Below, one piece after another: positions 45,949 to 55,715 of a stretch of DNA of 64,000 nt. The notes beneath the pieces were generated by a model, which saw nothing but the letters and a program-made list of their open reading frames with translations, ran no database searches and had not been told where the DNA came from. The position numbers and the translations under genes are program-made. Numbering within the stretch: position 1 is the stretch's first letter; each line of letters starts with the position of its first letter. The DNA is taken from NCBI GenBank assembly GCA_963712745.1, contig CAVQJC010000006.1:32001-96000 (forward strand), given 5' to 3'. This DNA is from an uncultured Chloroflexia bacterium (GTDB taxonomy: Bacteria; Chloroflexota; Limnocylindria; Limnocylindrales; CSP1-4).

Positions 45949-47223
45949 TCATGACGGCGGCAGCGCCTCGAAACCGCCCTGACGCCACGCATCCAGCCAC
46001 ACCCGGCCCTCAGCCAGAGCCCCCAGAACGTCGGCTACTTCGCTGGGATCCAGGCCGTCGGGCCATCCGGCCTGCAGCAGGTCGGCGTCGGAGCCGGACT
46101 CGCGCTCCGACACGCGCAGGACATCCAGGCCGGCGGCCACCCCCATGGCGGAGCGGGGTGTGGGCACGCCCTCGGCCAGGCCCAGGCGGATGAGCCCTAC
46201 CAGGCGGTCCTCCCAGCCCAGCTTGCGGCGAGGATCGCGCCCGGCGCGCTCGACCGTGTCAGCCAGATAGGGGTTGACCATGCGCTCGAGCAGGTCGTCG
46301 GCGAAAGCCCTGAACCCGGACTCGGTGAACAGCTCGTCGGCATCGGCCCAGCGTCGTCGCAGGGCTACCCCGGACTCCGCCAGGAAAGCGGTCCGCAGGA
46401 AGTCCATGGCACCGCTGACTTCGCGCAGGTCCGCCACCAGCGCCAGGCCCAGATGCCAGCCGAGGAACGCAGCCAGCGCATGCGTAGCGTTGTGCCCCAG
46501 CAGTTTGGCGTCCTCGAAGGGCGCCAGGTCGTCGACCTCGCGCAGCACGGGTATGCCCGGATGCAGCCCGCCGCCGGCCCGCGAGACGAGGATGCGGTCG
46601 AACTCCTCCACGAGGAATGCGGCCGGCAGGGTGCTGGTGATGCTGGCCAGGTGGTGCTGGGCAAGCTCGGCCTGGTCAGTGATGACGCCGCTCATCTTGC
46701 CGATGACGGTGTCCACGTAGCTGGCGCGGGCCCGGACCGCCTTGCGCTCGGCGGCCGGCACGGCCTCCAGGACGGCTTCCTCAAGCAGGGCCGCGGCACT
46801 TCGGTGGTTCTCGGCACAGAAGACGATGAGCGGTTGCGGCAGCTCCCGGCGGCGAAGGGCCTCGGCCAGCATTCGATGAGGGCTGTTGGCCGCGTCGGTC
46901 TGGTAGAAGCGGACGCTCGGCAGCGCGGAGGCGAGCTCATCGGCCCCCGCGATAGCCTCGACCACTTGGGCCCTCTCCTTCTCTACCGACGAGTCGGCCA
47001 CGCTGACGGGCCCGAGCTCGACCACCTCGACCCGGTCTGCGCGGGCGATGTTGAGCCGGAAGCGACCGCCATCCGCGCGCAGCCCGGCCACGAGGTCGGC
47101 CCGCACGTCGACCACCAGTGGAGGTGCGTAGAGGCCGCTCCGCGAAGCCTCGAAGGCGAAGAGTCCCGACCCGATGGCGCCGAAGCCGAGGCCAACGAGC
47201 CTGCGCGAGCCGCCGAAGGCCAC
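45949..47223 (-). CDS. Mannitol-1-phosphate dehydrogenase-like long-chain polyol-phosphate dehydrogenase
   Basis: GFGAIGSG, CAENH, DTVIGKM, KLLGHNATHA, R..NPYL.D...R.GRDP.RKL...DRL. Confidence 0.8.
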   Translation of the reverse strand: MAFGGSRRLVGLGFGAIGSGLFAFEASRSGLYAPPLVVDVRADLVAGLRADGGRFRLNIARADRVEVVELGPVSVADSSVEKERAQVVEAIAGADELASALPSVRFYQTDAANSPHRMLAEALRRRELPQPLIVFCAENHRSAAALLEEAVLEAVPAAERKAVRARASYVDTVIGKMSGVITDQAELAQHHLASITSTLPAAFLVEEFDRILVSRAGGGLHPGIPVLREVDDLAPFEDAKLLGHNATHALAAFLGWHLGLALVADLREVSGAMDFLRTAFLAESGVALRRRWADADELFTESGFRAFADDLLERMVNPYLADTVERAGRDPRRKLGWEDRLVGLIRLGLAEGVPTPRSAMGVAAGLDVLRVSERESGSDADLLQAGWPDGLDPSEVADVLGALAEGRVWLDAWRQGGFEALPPS

Positions 47224-47226
47224 CGT

Positions 47227-48498
47227 CTAGCCGTCCGCCAGGTAGCGCTGCTCGTCCTGTGCCGACCAGCGAACAACGTTCGCGATGGCCTCCGAGCGAC
47301 GATGCGGGTAGACGATGGCCTTGCCCTGGACACGTCCCTCGCGCGCCATGCCTAGCAGCTCTGGAGCGTGCTCCAGGTCGCCGACGTGGCCGATGTGGGC
47401 AGCGGCATCGATCTCGGCGGCGGCCATCAGCCGCAGCGTCTCGATGATGTCCCAGGGGCCGCCCCCTGACGAGCCGGTGATGTTGATCTCCTGGTAGTGC
47501 ACGAAGCGCTCATCGATGCCGATAGTCTCCTTGCCCGGCGGCAGCCCGGCAAAGAGGTCGAGGACGCCATAGCGCGCGACGAGGTGCTGGACCGATTCCA
47601 TCAGCGGCCCGTCGGCGGCGGTGACGATGACGTCGTCGGCCCCGACACCGCCGCTGGCCTCGGCCACGGCGGCGGCCAGGTCGCCGGTGCGCGCGTTGAC
47701 CGTCACCAGCTCGACGCCCGCCGCCGCAGCTCGCTCGCCAAACGTGTCGTGCAGCCACTGCAGCCGCTCCGGCCGGCGGGCGGAGGCCACGATGACCCGC
47801 GGCCGGGCGGCGATGGCCAGATCGACGTGGATGCGACCCATGGGCCCTGCCCCGATGACGACTGTGACTCCGCCTGGCTTGAGCCCGGTCATGGCTGTAC
47901 GCGCCTGCCTGCGGTCCGGCTGCGAGAGGTGCATGTGGTGGGCGTGTGAGCTGATGATGCAGCTGATGGGCTCGGCGATGGCGGCGTGGCCGGCCGGCAG
48001 CGAGTCGTCGGGAAGCGGTAGGAGGCAGCCCGCCGCGAGGATCTCCTCGCCGATGAGGATGTACTCCGCGAGCAGGCCCGGCAGCGAGTAGCCGACCGCG
48101 ATCTTGGCCACGCCGCGCCCCTCGTCCTGGTATCGCTCGAGGTGGTTGATAGGCGCGATGTCCACGGCCGGTTGGACGGCGCAGCGCTGGCCCACGGCCC
48201 AGGCTCCGGTCAGGTCCGCACCTACCTCCACGAGCGTGACCACACCCTCATCGCCGACGATGGCCGGGTAGCGTGCTGGATCCCAGCCGTGCATCAGCGG
48301 ATGCTCTGCCCCCTGGTCGATAAGCTTGTTGACCGAGGTGCAGATGCCCGCAGCATCGACCCGAGCCAGGAGCTGTCCGGGACCCGGACGCGGCACCGGC
48401 ACGGAGCGGATGGCCAGCTGGCCCACCCCGCGCCCGGAGAGCACGGCGGCCCGCATCTCTCGCGGGACCGGTCCCCTCTCGCCTGCTTGCACGCTCAC
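47227..48498 (-). CDS. Zn-binding dehydrogenase, L-sorbose-1-phosphate reductase (SorE)-like
   Basis: AGICTSVNK, GDEG, AVGYSLPGLLAEY, AEPISC, GAGPMG, HY.E..ITGSSGG; GTGA overlap with the PfkB gene. Confidence 0.78.
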   Translation of the reverse strand: MSVQAGERGPVPREMRAAVLSGRGVGQLAIRSVPVPRPGPGQLLARVDAAGICTSVNKLIDQGAEHPLMHGWDPARYPAIVGDEGVVTLVEVGADLTGAWAVGQRCAVQPAVDIAPINHLERYQDEGRGVAKIAVGYSLPGLLAEYILIGEEILAAGCLLPLPDDSLPAGHAAIAEPISCIISSHAHHMHLSQPDRRQARTAMTGLKPGGVTVVIGAGPMGRIHVDLAIAARPRVIVASARRPERLQWLHDTFGERAAAAGVELVTVNARTGDLAAAVAEASGGVGADDVIVTAADGPLMESVQHLVARYGVLDLFAGLPPGKETIGIDERFVHYQEINITGSSGGGPWDIIETLRLMAAAEIDAAAHIGHVGDLEHAPELLGMAREGRVQGKAIVYPHRRSEAIANVVRWSAQDEQRYLADG

Positions 48499-49430
48499 GC
48501 GGGAGGCTCGAGCCCGGCCAGGCGCCACGCATCGGCGGGGTCCGTGGGACCGGAGAACGTGCCGATCGTGGTCGTGGCCAGTGCGCCAAGAGCCGTGCCC
48601 AACCGGGCGGCTTCCTCTGCGCTCAGCCCATGGACAAGCCCGGTGAGCACCCCACCAGTGAAGGAATCACCGGCCCCGGTGGTGTCGATGGTGCCCACCT
48701 TGAAGGCTGGGATGTGGCCGGTGAAGTCGTCGTGGTTCACCCATGCCCCGCGGGGGCCGTCGGTGACGATGGCGAAGCGCACACCCAGCTCACGCAGAGC
48801 GGCAGCGGCTGCGACCGGGTCGGAGAGGCCGGTGATGCCCGCGACCTCGGCCAGGCTGGGGATGAACAGGTCCGTGTAGCGCAGCGCCGGTATCACCCGC
48901 TCCCACCGGCCGGTCGAGTCGTGGACGACATCGAGGCTGGTATGGATGCCCTTGGCCTTGGTGCGCTCGAAGAGGCCGGCCAGGGGTTCGCCGTCAGGAT
49001 CGTCGAGGCCCGGCAGCACCAGTGCGCCGCCGACGTGGAGGAAGTCGCTGACCAGTCGCGATTCGATGGCTTCGGCGGTGATCGAGCCGTCCGCGCCGAG
49101 GTTGTGGAGCATCGTGCGCTCGCCGTCCTGGTCCACCGCCACCAGCGAGGTCGAGGTGGGCAGGTCCGACTCGATGAACTCGACATGAAGATGCGGCGCC
49201 GGCACGGTCGCTCGGAAGGAGCGGCCGAAGATGTCGTCACCGACCGGGATGATGAGCCGCGTCTCGATGCCCATGCCCGCGAGCACCCGGCCCGTACGCA
49301 GCGCCGGCCCGCCCTCCGCCGTCGAGAACTTGTCGACCAGGCCCAGCACCCCGATGGGCAGCGGTCCAGCCGCCTTGGCCAGCACGTCGAAGACGGCGCT
49401 GCCCGCACAGGTGATCTGTATCTGGCTCAT
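48495..49430 (-). CDS. PfkB family carbohydrate kinase
   Basis: VGDDIFG, DGERTM, DTTGAGDSF signature. Confidence 0.92.
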   Translation of the reverse strand: MSQIQITCAGSAVFDVLAKAAGPLPIGVLGLVDKFSTAEGGPALRTGRVLAGMGIETRLIIPVGDDIFGRSFRATVPAPHLHVEFIESDLPTSTSLVAVDQDGERTMLHNLGADGSITAEAIESRLVSDFLHVGGALVLPGLDDPDGEPLAGLFERTKAKGIHTSLDVVHDSTGRWERVIPALRYTDLFIPSLAEVAGITGLSDPVAAAAALRELGVRFAIVTDGPRGAWVNHDDFTGHIPAFKVGTIDTTGAGDSFTGGVLTGLVHGLSAEEAARLGTALGALATTTIGTFSGPTDPADAWRLAGLEPPA

Positions 49431-49641
49431 CGCTCGATGATAGGTCCCCGAGGCCCACGACCGCGCGGATGGTCCGGCCGGGGCCGAGCAAAACGGCATC
49501 GGCGCGACTAGGACTGATGGGCTACTCCCATCCGCACCCCACCGCACTCAACATGAGCGATGTTCGACTGCCGCACCGGAGCGTTTCTGAGCTGATCTCC
49601 ATGTTCGCCCCTCGACACGCGACACATCCGGGTCCTCGGGT

Positions 49642-52638
49642 GTGATGAGCGACGCACGAGTCTGTCCGCATTGCGGCAACTTGAACGAGCCCGGCATGCT
49701 GTTCTGCGCTGCCTGCGACGGATTGCTGCCGCTCGGAGCCGATGACTGGGACGCCCCTCCCGCGAACATGGCGGTTCCACCCGCCGATGTGTCGCTGTGC
49801 CCGAACTGCCAGACCCGAAACCCGAGCGACTATGCCAACTGCTGGCGCTGCCTCGCCGACCTGACCCCATCGGACGTGCTCGCCGACGACGCGCCGTCGA
49901 CGTCGCAGTCGGCAAGCCTCGCGACACCGCCGATGTGGGCAGCCGCCGATCCCGGCCAGGTTCCGGCCGCTGACGTCACGGCCGACGACGAGGTGTCGCC
50001 AAGCGAGGAGCCGGCGATCGCCCCGCCAACGGCGGACCGGCCGCAAGGCGCGCCGCTGCAGCCGACGGTGGCCGCGGAGCCGGTAGTGGCCGCGGAGCCG
50101 GTAGTGGCCGCGGAGCCGGTAGTGGCCGCGGAGCCGGTAGTGGCCGCGGAGCCGGTAGTGGCCGCGGAGCCGGTAGTGGCCGCGGAGCCGGCGCAGCGCG
50201 ATCAGCGTCGTCGTGTGCCCGCGAGCGCGGGCCTGGGGGTCGTCGCGCTGGGCCTGGTCGGGGCAGTGGTGGCCGCCTGGTTGCTGGCTGGGCCTGGCGA
50301 AGATCCCCTGGTTACTGCCGAAGCCTCGGCCTCGCCGATCGCCGCGGTCACGCCCGCTCCGGCCGGAACCGACACCGAGCCAACGGCGGAGCCTGTATCG
50401 GCTGCGGTCGACCAGGACGCCCTTGCCGAGCCTACAGCGACCCCCACGCCCACGCCGACGCCCGAGCCCACGCCGACGCCGACACCCACGCCCACGCCCG
50501 AGCCCACGCCCGAGCCCACGCCCGAAGCCGACACCCACGCCCACGCCAGAGCCCACGCCCGAGCCGACACCGGAGCCCACGCCGACACCCACGCCCGAGC
50601 CCACGCCCGAGCCGACGCCCGAGCCCACGCCGACGCCGACACCCACGCCCACGCCCGAGCCCACGCCCGAGCCCACGCCGGAGCCCACGCCCGAACCGAC
50701 ACCCACGCCCACGCCCACGCCCGAGCCGACGCCCGAGCCCACGCCGAACCGACACCCACGCCGACGCCCGAGCCCACGCCCGAGCCGACCCACGCCGAGC
50801 CCACGCCCGAGCCGACACCCACGCCGACGCCGAGCCCACGCCCGAGCCGACGCCCGAGCCCACGCCGGAACCGACACCCACGCCGACGCCCGAGCCCACG
50901 CCCGAGCCGACGCCCGAGCCCACGCCGGAACCGACACCCACGCCGACGCCCGAGCCCACGCCCGAGCCGACGCCCGAGCCCACGCCGGAACCGACACCCA
51001 CGCCGACGCCCGAGCCCACGCCCGAGCCGACGCCCGAGCCCACGCCGGAACCGACACCCACGCCGACGCCCGAGCCCACGCCCGAGCCGACGCCCGAGCC
51101 CACGCCGGAACCGACACCCACGCCGACGCCCGAGCCCACGCCGACGCCCACGCCGACGCCCGAGCCCACGCCCGAGCCGACACCCGAACCGACGCCGACG
51201 CCCGAGCCCACGCCCGAGCCCACGCCCGAGCCCACACCCACGCCGACGCCCGAGCCGACACCGGAGCCCACGCCCGAGCCGACGCCCGAGCCCACGCCCG
51301 AGCCGACGCCCGAGCCCACGCCCGACGCCGACGCCCGAGCCCACGCCCGAGCCCACGCCCGAACCGACGCCCGAGCCCACGCCCGAGCCGACGCCCGAGC
51401 CCACGCCCGAGCCGACGCCCGAGCCCACGCCCGAGCCGACGCCCGAGCCCACGCCGGAACCGACGCCCGAGCCCACGCCCGAGCCGACGTCCGAGCCCAC
51501 GCCGGAACCGACGCCAGAGCCGACGCCCGAGCCGACGCCCGAGCCGACGCCAGAACCGACGCCCACACCGACACCGGAGCCCACGCCGGAACCGACACTA
51601 GAGCCCACGCCGACACCCGAACCGACGCCGACGCCCACGCCGGAACCGGTGTCCTTAGCGGCGGCCGCACTCGTGGAGCGGGCATCGGGGCTCGGGTGCC
51701 AACCAGGCGACACGACTGCCGAGGATGAGAGCGCCGGCGTCCTCGCCACCGCGACCTGCCAACCGCCCGCAGACGATGTCACCAGCATCACGCTCCAGGA
51801 CTTCGAAGACGCCGACACCCTTCGCACCGCATGGCAGTCGTCGCTGGCTACGACCAGCTCGCTCGACACCGCGGAGGACGCCTGTAGGACGTCCGAGCCT
51901 GGCAGGCGGAAGTGGGGTTTCGGCAACATCGCCTGCACAAGCGAGGACGGCGTCGCGCGCATCCTCTGGACCGACTCCCGCACCGAAACGCTCGGTGTGA
52001 TCGAGAGCACCGTCGACGACATCCCTGCGGTCCATCAGTGGTGGCGGGCCAACGCTCGTCGCCTGGGCCGCGTCGACGACCCCGCGGCAACACCCACGGC
52101 ACCCAGCACGCCGGAGGCGACGCCTCGACCAGCAGGGCGCAAGGTCGTGCGGGTGCCTGGCAAGCCGCGTGCCATCAGCTGCGCCGCGACGGACACCCCG
52201 ATCCCCGACGAATGGAATCGCAGCTGGCGCATAGCCAGGGTCGAATTCCAGAACCGGGCTGGCTATGAGCGCGTCATCCTCAACCTCGAGCGCACGGGCA
52301 AGAATCGCACTGGGACTCCGACCAGGGCACAGATCTCGCGGATGTCGGTCGCGCGGGCCGCGGAGGCCGTGCCCAAGACAGCGGCGCCGACACGAGGCCG
52401 CGTCGCCATCGTGGTCGACCTTGATGGTGTGCGCGGTGCGCCCCGGCTCATCCGCTTCAAGCCCAAGAGCATCGATCTCGTGAAGCAGATGTCGATCGTG
52501 AAGAGCGTGGGTGGTCGGACCGTGGTGCTCTCAGCCCCGCAAGGCACCTGCTATCAGATGCGCATCCCGGTTTGGGGCGCCAATGCGCGCGGCAACGAGA
52601 AGAAGGCTGAGATCTTCATCGACCTGGCGGTGCCGTAG
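49642..52638 (+). CDS. Large membrane-anchored protein: double zinc ribbon, TM, (PEPT)n stalk, two C-terminal globular domains
   Basis: CPHC..CAAC and CPNC..CWRC; [21 protein letters not shown]; about 1.2 kb of PT/PE repeats with compensating indels; Cys-containing domain; [10 protein letters not shown] (AMIN-like). Confidence 0.75.
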   Translation: MMSDARVCPHCGNLNEPGMLFCAACDGLLPLGADDWDAPPANMAVPPADVSLCPNCQTRNPSDYANCWRCLADLTPSDVLADDAPSTSQSASLATPPMWAAADPGQVPAADVTADDEVSPSEEPAIAPPTADRPQGAPLQPTVAAEPVVAAEPVVAAEPVVAAEPVVAAEPVVAAEPVVAAEPAQRDQRRRVPASAGLGVVALGLVGAVVAAWLLAGPGEDPLVTAEASASPIAAVTPAPAGTDTEPTAEPVSAAVDQDALAEPTATPTPTPTPEPTPTPTPTPTPEPTPEPTPEADTHAHARAHARADTGAHADTHARAHARADARAHADADTHAHARAHARAHAGAHARTDTHAHAHARADARAHAEPTPTPTPEPTPEPTHAEPTPEPTPTPTPSPRPSRRPSPRRNRHPRRRPSPRPSRRPSPRRNRHPRRRPSPRPSRRPSPRRNRHPRRRPSPRPSRRPSPRRNRHPRRRPSPRPSRRPSPRRNRHPRRRPSPRRRPRRRPSPRPSRHPNRRRRPSPRPSPRPSPHPRRRPSRHRSPRPSRRPSPRPSRRPSPRPTPTPEPTPEPTPEPTPEPTPEPTPEPTPEPTPEPTPEPTPEPTPEPTPEPTPEPTSEPTPEPTPEPTPEPTPEPTPEPTPTPTPEPTPEPTLEPTPTPEPTPTPTPEPVSLAAAALVERASGLGCQPGDTTAEDESAGVLATATCQPPADDVTSITLQDFEDADTLRTAWQSSLATTSSLDTAEDACRTSEPGRRKWGFGNIACTSEDGVARILWTDSRTETLGVIESTVDDIPAVHQWWRANARRLGRVDDPAATPTAPSTPEATPRPAGRKVVRVPGKPRAISCAATDTPIPDEWNRSWRIARVEFQNRAGYERVILNLERTGKNRTGTPTRAQISRMSVARAAEAVPKTAAPTRGRVAIVVDLDGVRGAPRLIRFKPKSIDLVKQMSIVKSVGGRTVVLSAPQGTCYQMRIPVWGANARGNEKKAEIFIDLAVP
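50068..50190 (+). repeat. 18-bp perfect tandem repeat x~7 (VAAEPV)
   Basis: gtggccgcggagccggta units. Confidence 0.95.
50425..51648 (+). repeat. (PT/PE)n coding repeat, including a perfect 60-bp unit x~5 (about 50831-51142)
   Basis: Identical 60-nt blocks at 50881, 50941, 51001 and 51061. Confidence 0.95.
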
Positions 52639-52642
52639 TCGA

Positions 52643-54151
52643 TCAGAGGCGGTGTGAGATCGGCGCGACTGCCGGATAGACCTCGCGGTAGAGCTCGTAC
52701 TGACGCGTGTAGGCCTCGTGGCGTGCCGGGTCCGGCTGGTACGTGTCGGTCAGATCCAGGAACCGCTCCGCTCCCTCGGCCGCCGAGGGCCACAGACGCG
52801 CGCCGGTCCCGGCCAACAGGGCGGCCCCGAAGGCAGCGGCCTCCGTGATGCGCGGCGTGATGACGGGGATGCCCGTGATGTCCGCCTTCAGCTGCAACCA
52901 CAGCTGCGAGCGCGCGCCGCCGCCGATGGCGCGAAGCACGTCGATGGCTACACCGCCATCGCGCAGCAGGTCGAGGTTGACCCGCAGCTCGTAGGTCAGT
53001 CCCTCCAGGATGGCCTTGGCCAGGTCCGTACGCGAGGTCGAGAAGGTGAGACCCAGGATGGCCCCCTTGGACGCCGTGTCGAACGAGGGTGTGCCGGCCC
53101 CAGCGAAGTGCGGCAAGGCCAGCAGGCCCGTAGGTTTCGGCGAGGCATCGGCCAGGATGAGGTCGTAGGCATCGTCGCCGGACTCGGCCGCGTGCGCCAG
53201 CTGTGGCTCGCAGAAGCCGTCGCGGAACCAGCGCAGGGCCAGGCCGCCGCTGTGGTTCAGGGTCATGGCCAGGAACAAACCGGGTACGGTCGCGCGATAG
53301 ACGCTGATGTTGCCCTCGTAGAGCGGAGCGCTCACGACGGGCGAGCCCAGCGCGACCTCCACGACCTCGGCCGTGCCGGTCGAAACCATGGCCAGCCCCG
53401 GCTGCGTCAAACCCACGCCAAGCGCCCCACAGGCCTGGTCGTGGCCGCCCGTGACGACGCCCGGCGCGGACGCCAGCCCCAGGCGCTCGGTCAGGTCTCT
53501 CGAGAGCCTGCCGACCTGGGTACCCGAGGGCGCCACTTCCGCCAGCCGGTCCGGGGTCAGCCCGATCTCGTCGAGGATCTCCGCCGACCAGGCGCCGGCC
53601 TCGAGGTCGAAGAGTTGCGACCGTGAAGCCAGGCAAGCGCTGGTGAAGGCGGCCCCGGTCATGCGCGCGATGAGGAAGTCCTCGACCAGCAGGAACCTGT
53701 CGGCGGCCTCCCACACCTCCGGCTCGTGCTGGCGGATCCAGAGCAACTTGGGCAGCGTGTTGATGGTGTGGATGGGCATGCCCGTGCGTTCGAACAGGGC
53801 CCTGGCGCCGAAGCGCTCGCGCAGCCATTCGTTCTGCGCCTCGGTGCGGGTGTCCATGCCCAGGATGGTCGGCCGCAGCGGCCGTCCTGCGGCGTCGACC
53901 GGGGTGACCGCCTCGCCGTGCACGGAAAGCCCGATGGCCGCGACCTCGCGCACCCCGGCCGTGGCGATGGCCTGCGCCAAGGATTCGACGGCCAGTCCCC
54001 ACACGGCCTCGATGTCCTGCTCCGCCCAGGTCGGCTGCGGCAGCGACACGGGGTACTCGCGGCTAGCCGACGCCAGCAGCTCCCCGTCCTCGTCGAAGAT
54101 GACTGCCTTGCAGCCGGTGGTACCGACGTCGAGCCCGATGAGGTTGGCCAT
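52643..54151 (-). CDS. FGGY family carbohydrate kinase (xylulokinase-like)
   Basis: GLDVGTTGCKA, GGHDQACGALG, STGTAE, GGGARS.LW.Q.KAD. Confidence 0.92.
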   Translation of the reverse strand: MANLIGLDVGTTGCKAVIFDEDGELLASASREYPVSLPQPTWAEQDIEAVWGLAVESLAQAIATAGVREVAAIGLSVHGEAVTPVDAAGRPLRPTILGMDTRTEAQNEWLRERFGARALFERTGMPIHTINTLPKLLWIRQHEPEVWEAADRFLLVEDFLIARMTGAAFTSACLASRSQLFDLEAGAWSAEILDEIGLTPDRLAEVAPSGTQVGRLSRDLTERLGLASAPGVVTGGHDQACGALGVGLTQPGLAMVSTGTAEVVEVALGSPVVSAPLYEGNISVYRATVPGLFLAMTLNHSGGLALRWFRDGFCEPQLAHAAESGDDAYDLILADASPKPTGLLALPHFAGAGTPSFDTASKGAILGLTFSTSRTDLAKAILEGLTYELRVNLDLLRDGGVAIDVLRAIGGGARSQLWLQLKADITGIPVITPRITEAAAFGAALLAGTGARLWPSAAEGAERFLDLTDTYQPDPARHEAYTRQYELYREVYPAVAPISHRL

Positions 54152-54276
54152 CGCCGCCTACGCTACCGCCGCGCTGTACTTGAGCGCGGCCTGGCAGATG
54201 GTGAGTCTCCTCCAGTCCCCCATGTTGATGACGTGACTCTGCCTACTCAGTCAGCAGCACCTCCCTGCTATCGCTA

Positions 54277-55686
54277 CTCATGTCGGAAGACCTCCCAGCC
54301 CAGGTAGTTCTCGAGCGCCTCGGCCACGGCATCCGCGGTGTGCGCGGGGCTCATGGCGCAGTGGTGCTCGAACCCGACCTTGCAGATCAGCTTCAGCAGC
54401 GGCTGGAAGTTGGGAATCTCGACGACTGCGCGTGAACCGAACGTGTCGAGCGGGTCATCGAGGAACTGCCCCTCGGCCACGTAGGCCTTGCACTTGCCGT
54501 TGACGTCATCGGTGCTGATGCGCGCGATGGTCAGCGGCGCTGCAGGTGCACGGCCGTTGATGGCGCCGTAGACGTTGTCGTTGCCGAGCGTGGTGCCGAG
54601 CACGTCCGCGATCTGCATCTCGGCCTCGCCCTCGGGGTAGAAGTTGAGCGGCCAGTTGCCACAGTGGAAGAGGACGCACTTGTCGGGGTCCTCGCCGTAG
54701 TTGTTGTTGAGGTCGACGATGGCGGCGGGCTGCTCCGCGGCCAGCTGCAGTGCGTACATCGAGGCCAGCCCGGTGATGTCGGTCTCACAGGCGCTGGGCA
54801 TGAGCTTGTTGCTCATGATGCTCATGAGCGTGCACACGTTGACGCCGTAGTTCTCCTGCAGGGAGGACCAGCACTGCATCGCGGTGGCGTTGAGGTCATT
54901 CTCGGCCATCCATTCGTCGACGACCACGCCCAGCTTGGCCATCTTGACCAGCTTCTCCGGCGGCACCGTGGGATGGGGCATGTGGGCCCGGATCTCGTCG
55001 AGCTTGGCCCTGGTCTTGGCGTCGTCGTCGCCTAGACGGTTGGCGTTGCCGAAGACCTCGCTGAAGTCGATGACGCTGACCGCGATACCACTGGCCTCAA
55101 GCAACTTCTCGCTGTAGCGCACGGTCTTGAAGGCATCCGGCCGGGTGCCGATGGCGCCCAGGCGCGCATGGCTCATGCCGTTGGCGACCTTGCACACGCG
55201 GACGAACTTGTCGAGGTCGGCGCGGAAGGCGTCCGACTGCACCGGTGTCGTATGGGTCTCGGTCAGCGAGTACTTGAAGCCGTACTGGCGCAGGTCGCTG
55301 GAGACCGAGATCTTGCCGCAGAATGCGTCGCGGCGTCGATCCAGGGTGAAGGCGGTGACGTCGTCCGGGTAGGCCTGCAGCAGGATGGGCACGTCCAGGC
55401 CGGACAGCCGCATCGTGTCGGCCACGCCCTTCTCATCGCCGAAGTTGGGCAGGACCACCAGCACACCCTCGATGCGCTTGCGGTTCTGGTCGAAGAGCTC
55501 GGCGCAGATCTGCGCTTCACGCCAGGTCTCCACGCCGCCGAGCTTGGTAGCCTCGGCATCGAGGATGACCGGCTCGATGTCCATCTCCTCGAACAGCGCG
55601 AGCACGTCCGCGCGCGCCTCGGTGACCAATGCATCCGGGAAGAAATCGCGGTTCCCAACGATGACTCCCAGCGTGGCTCGTGCCAT
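54277..55686 (-). CDS. L-fucose/L-arabinose isomerase family protein
   Basis: NFGDE, RRDAFCGKIS, QCW, ACETD, FHCG, GFEHH. Confidence 0.87.
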
Positions 55687-55715
55687 GTCCTCTCCTCCTT
55701 GGATCGCTTGCTTCC

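Noticed and set aside
50831-51142. 60-bp periodic repeat as CRISPR or ncRNA array
   Set aside because: The units are fully identical and encode PEPT within a CDS.
49522-52022. Long (GS/GV)n and (ARAW)n minus-strand ORFs, also at 22448-23026
   Set aside because: Reverse-complement translations of the PT/PE repeats.
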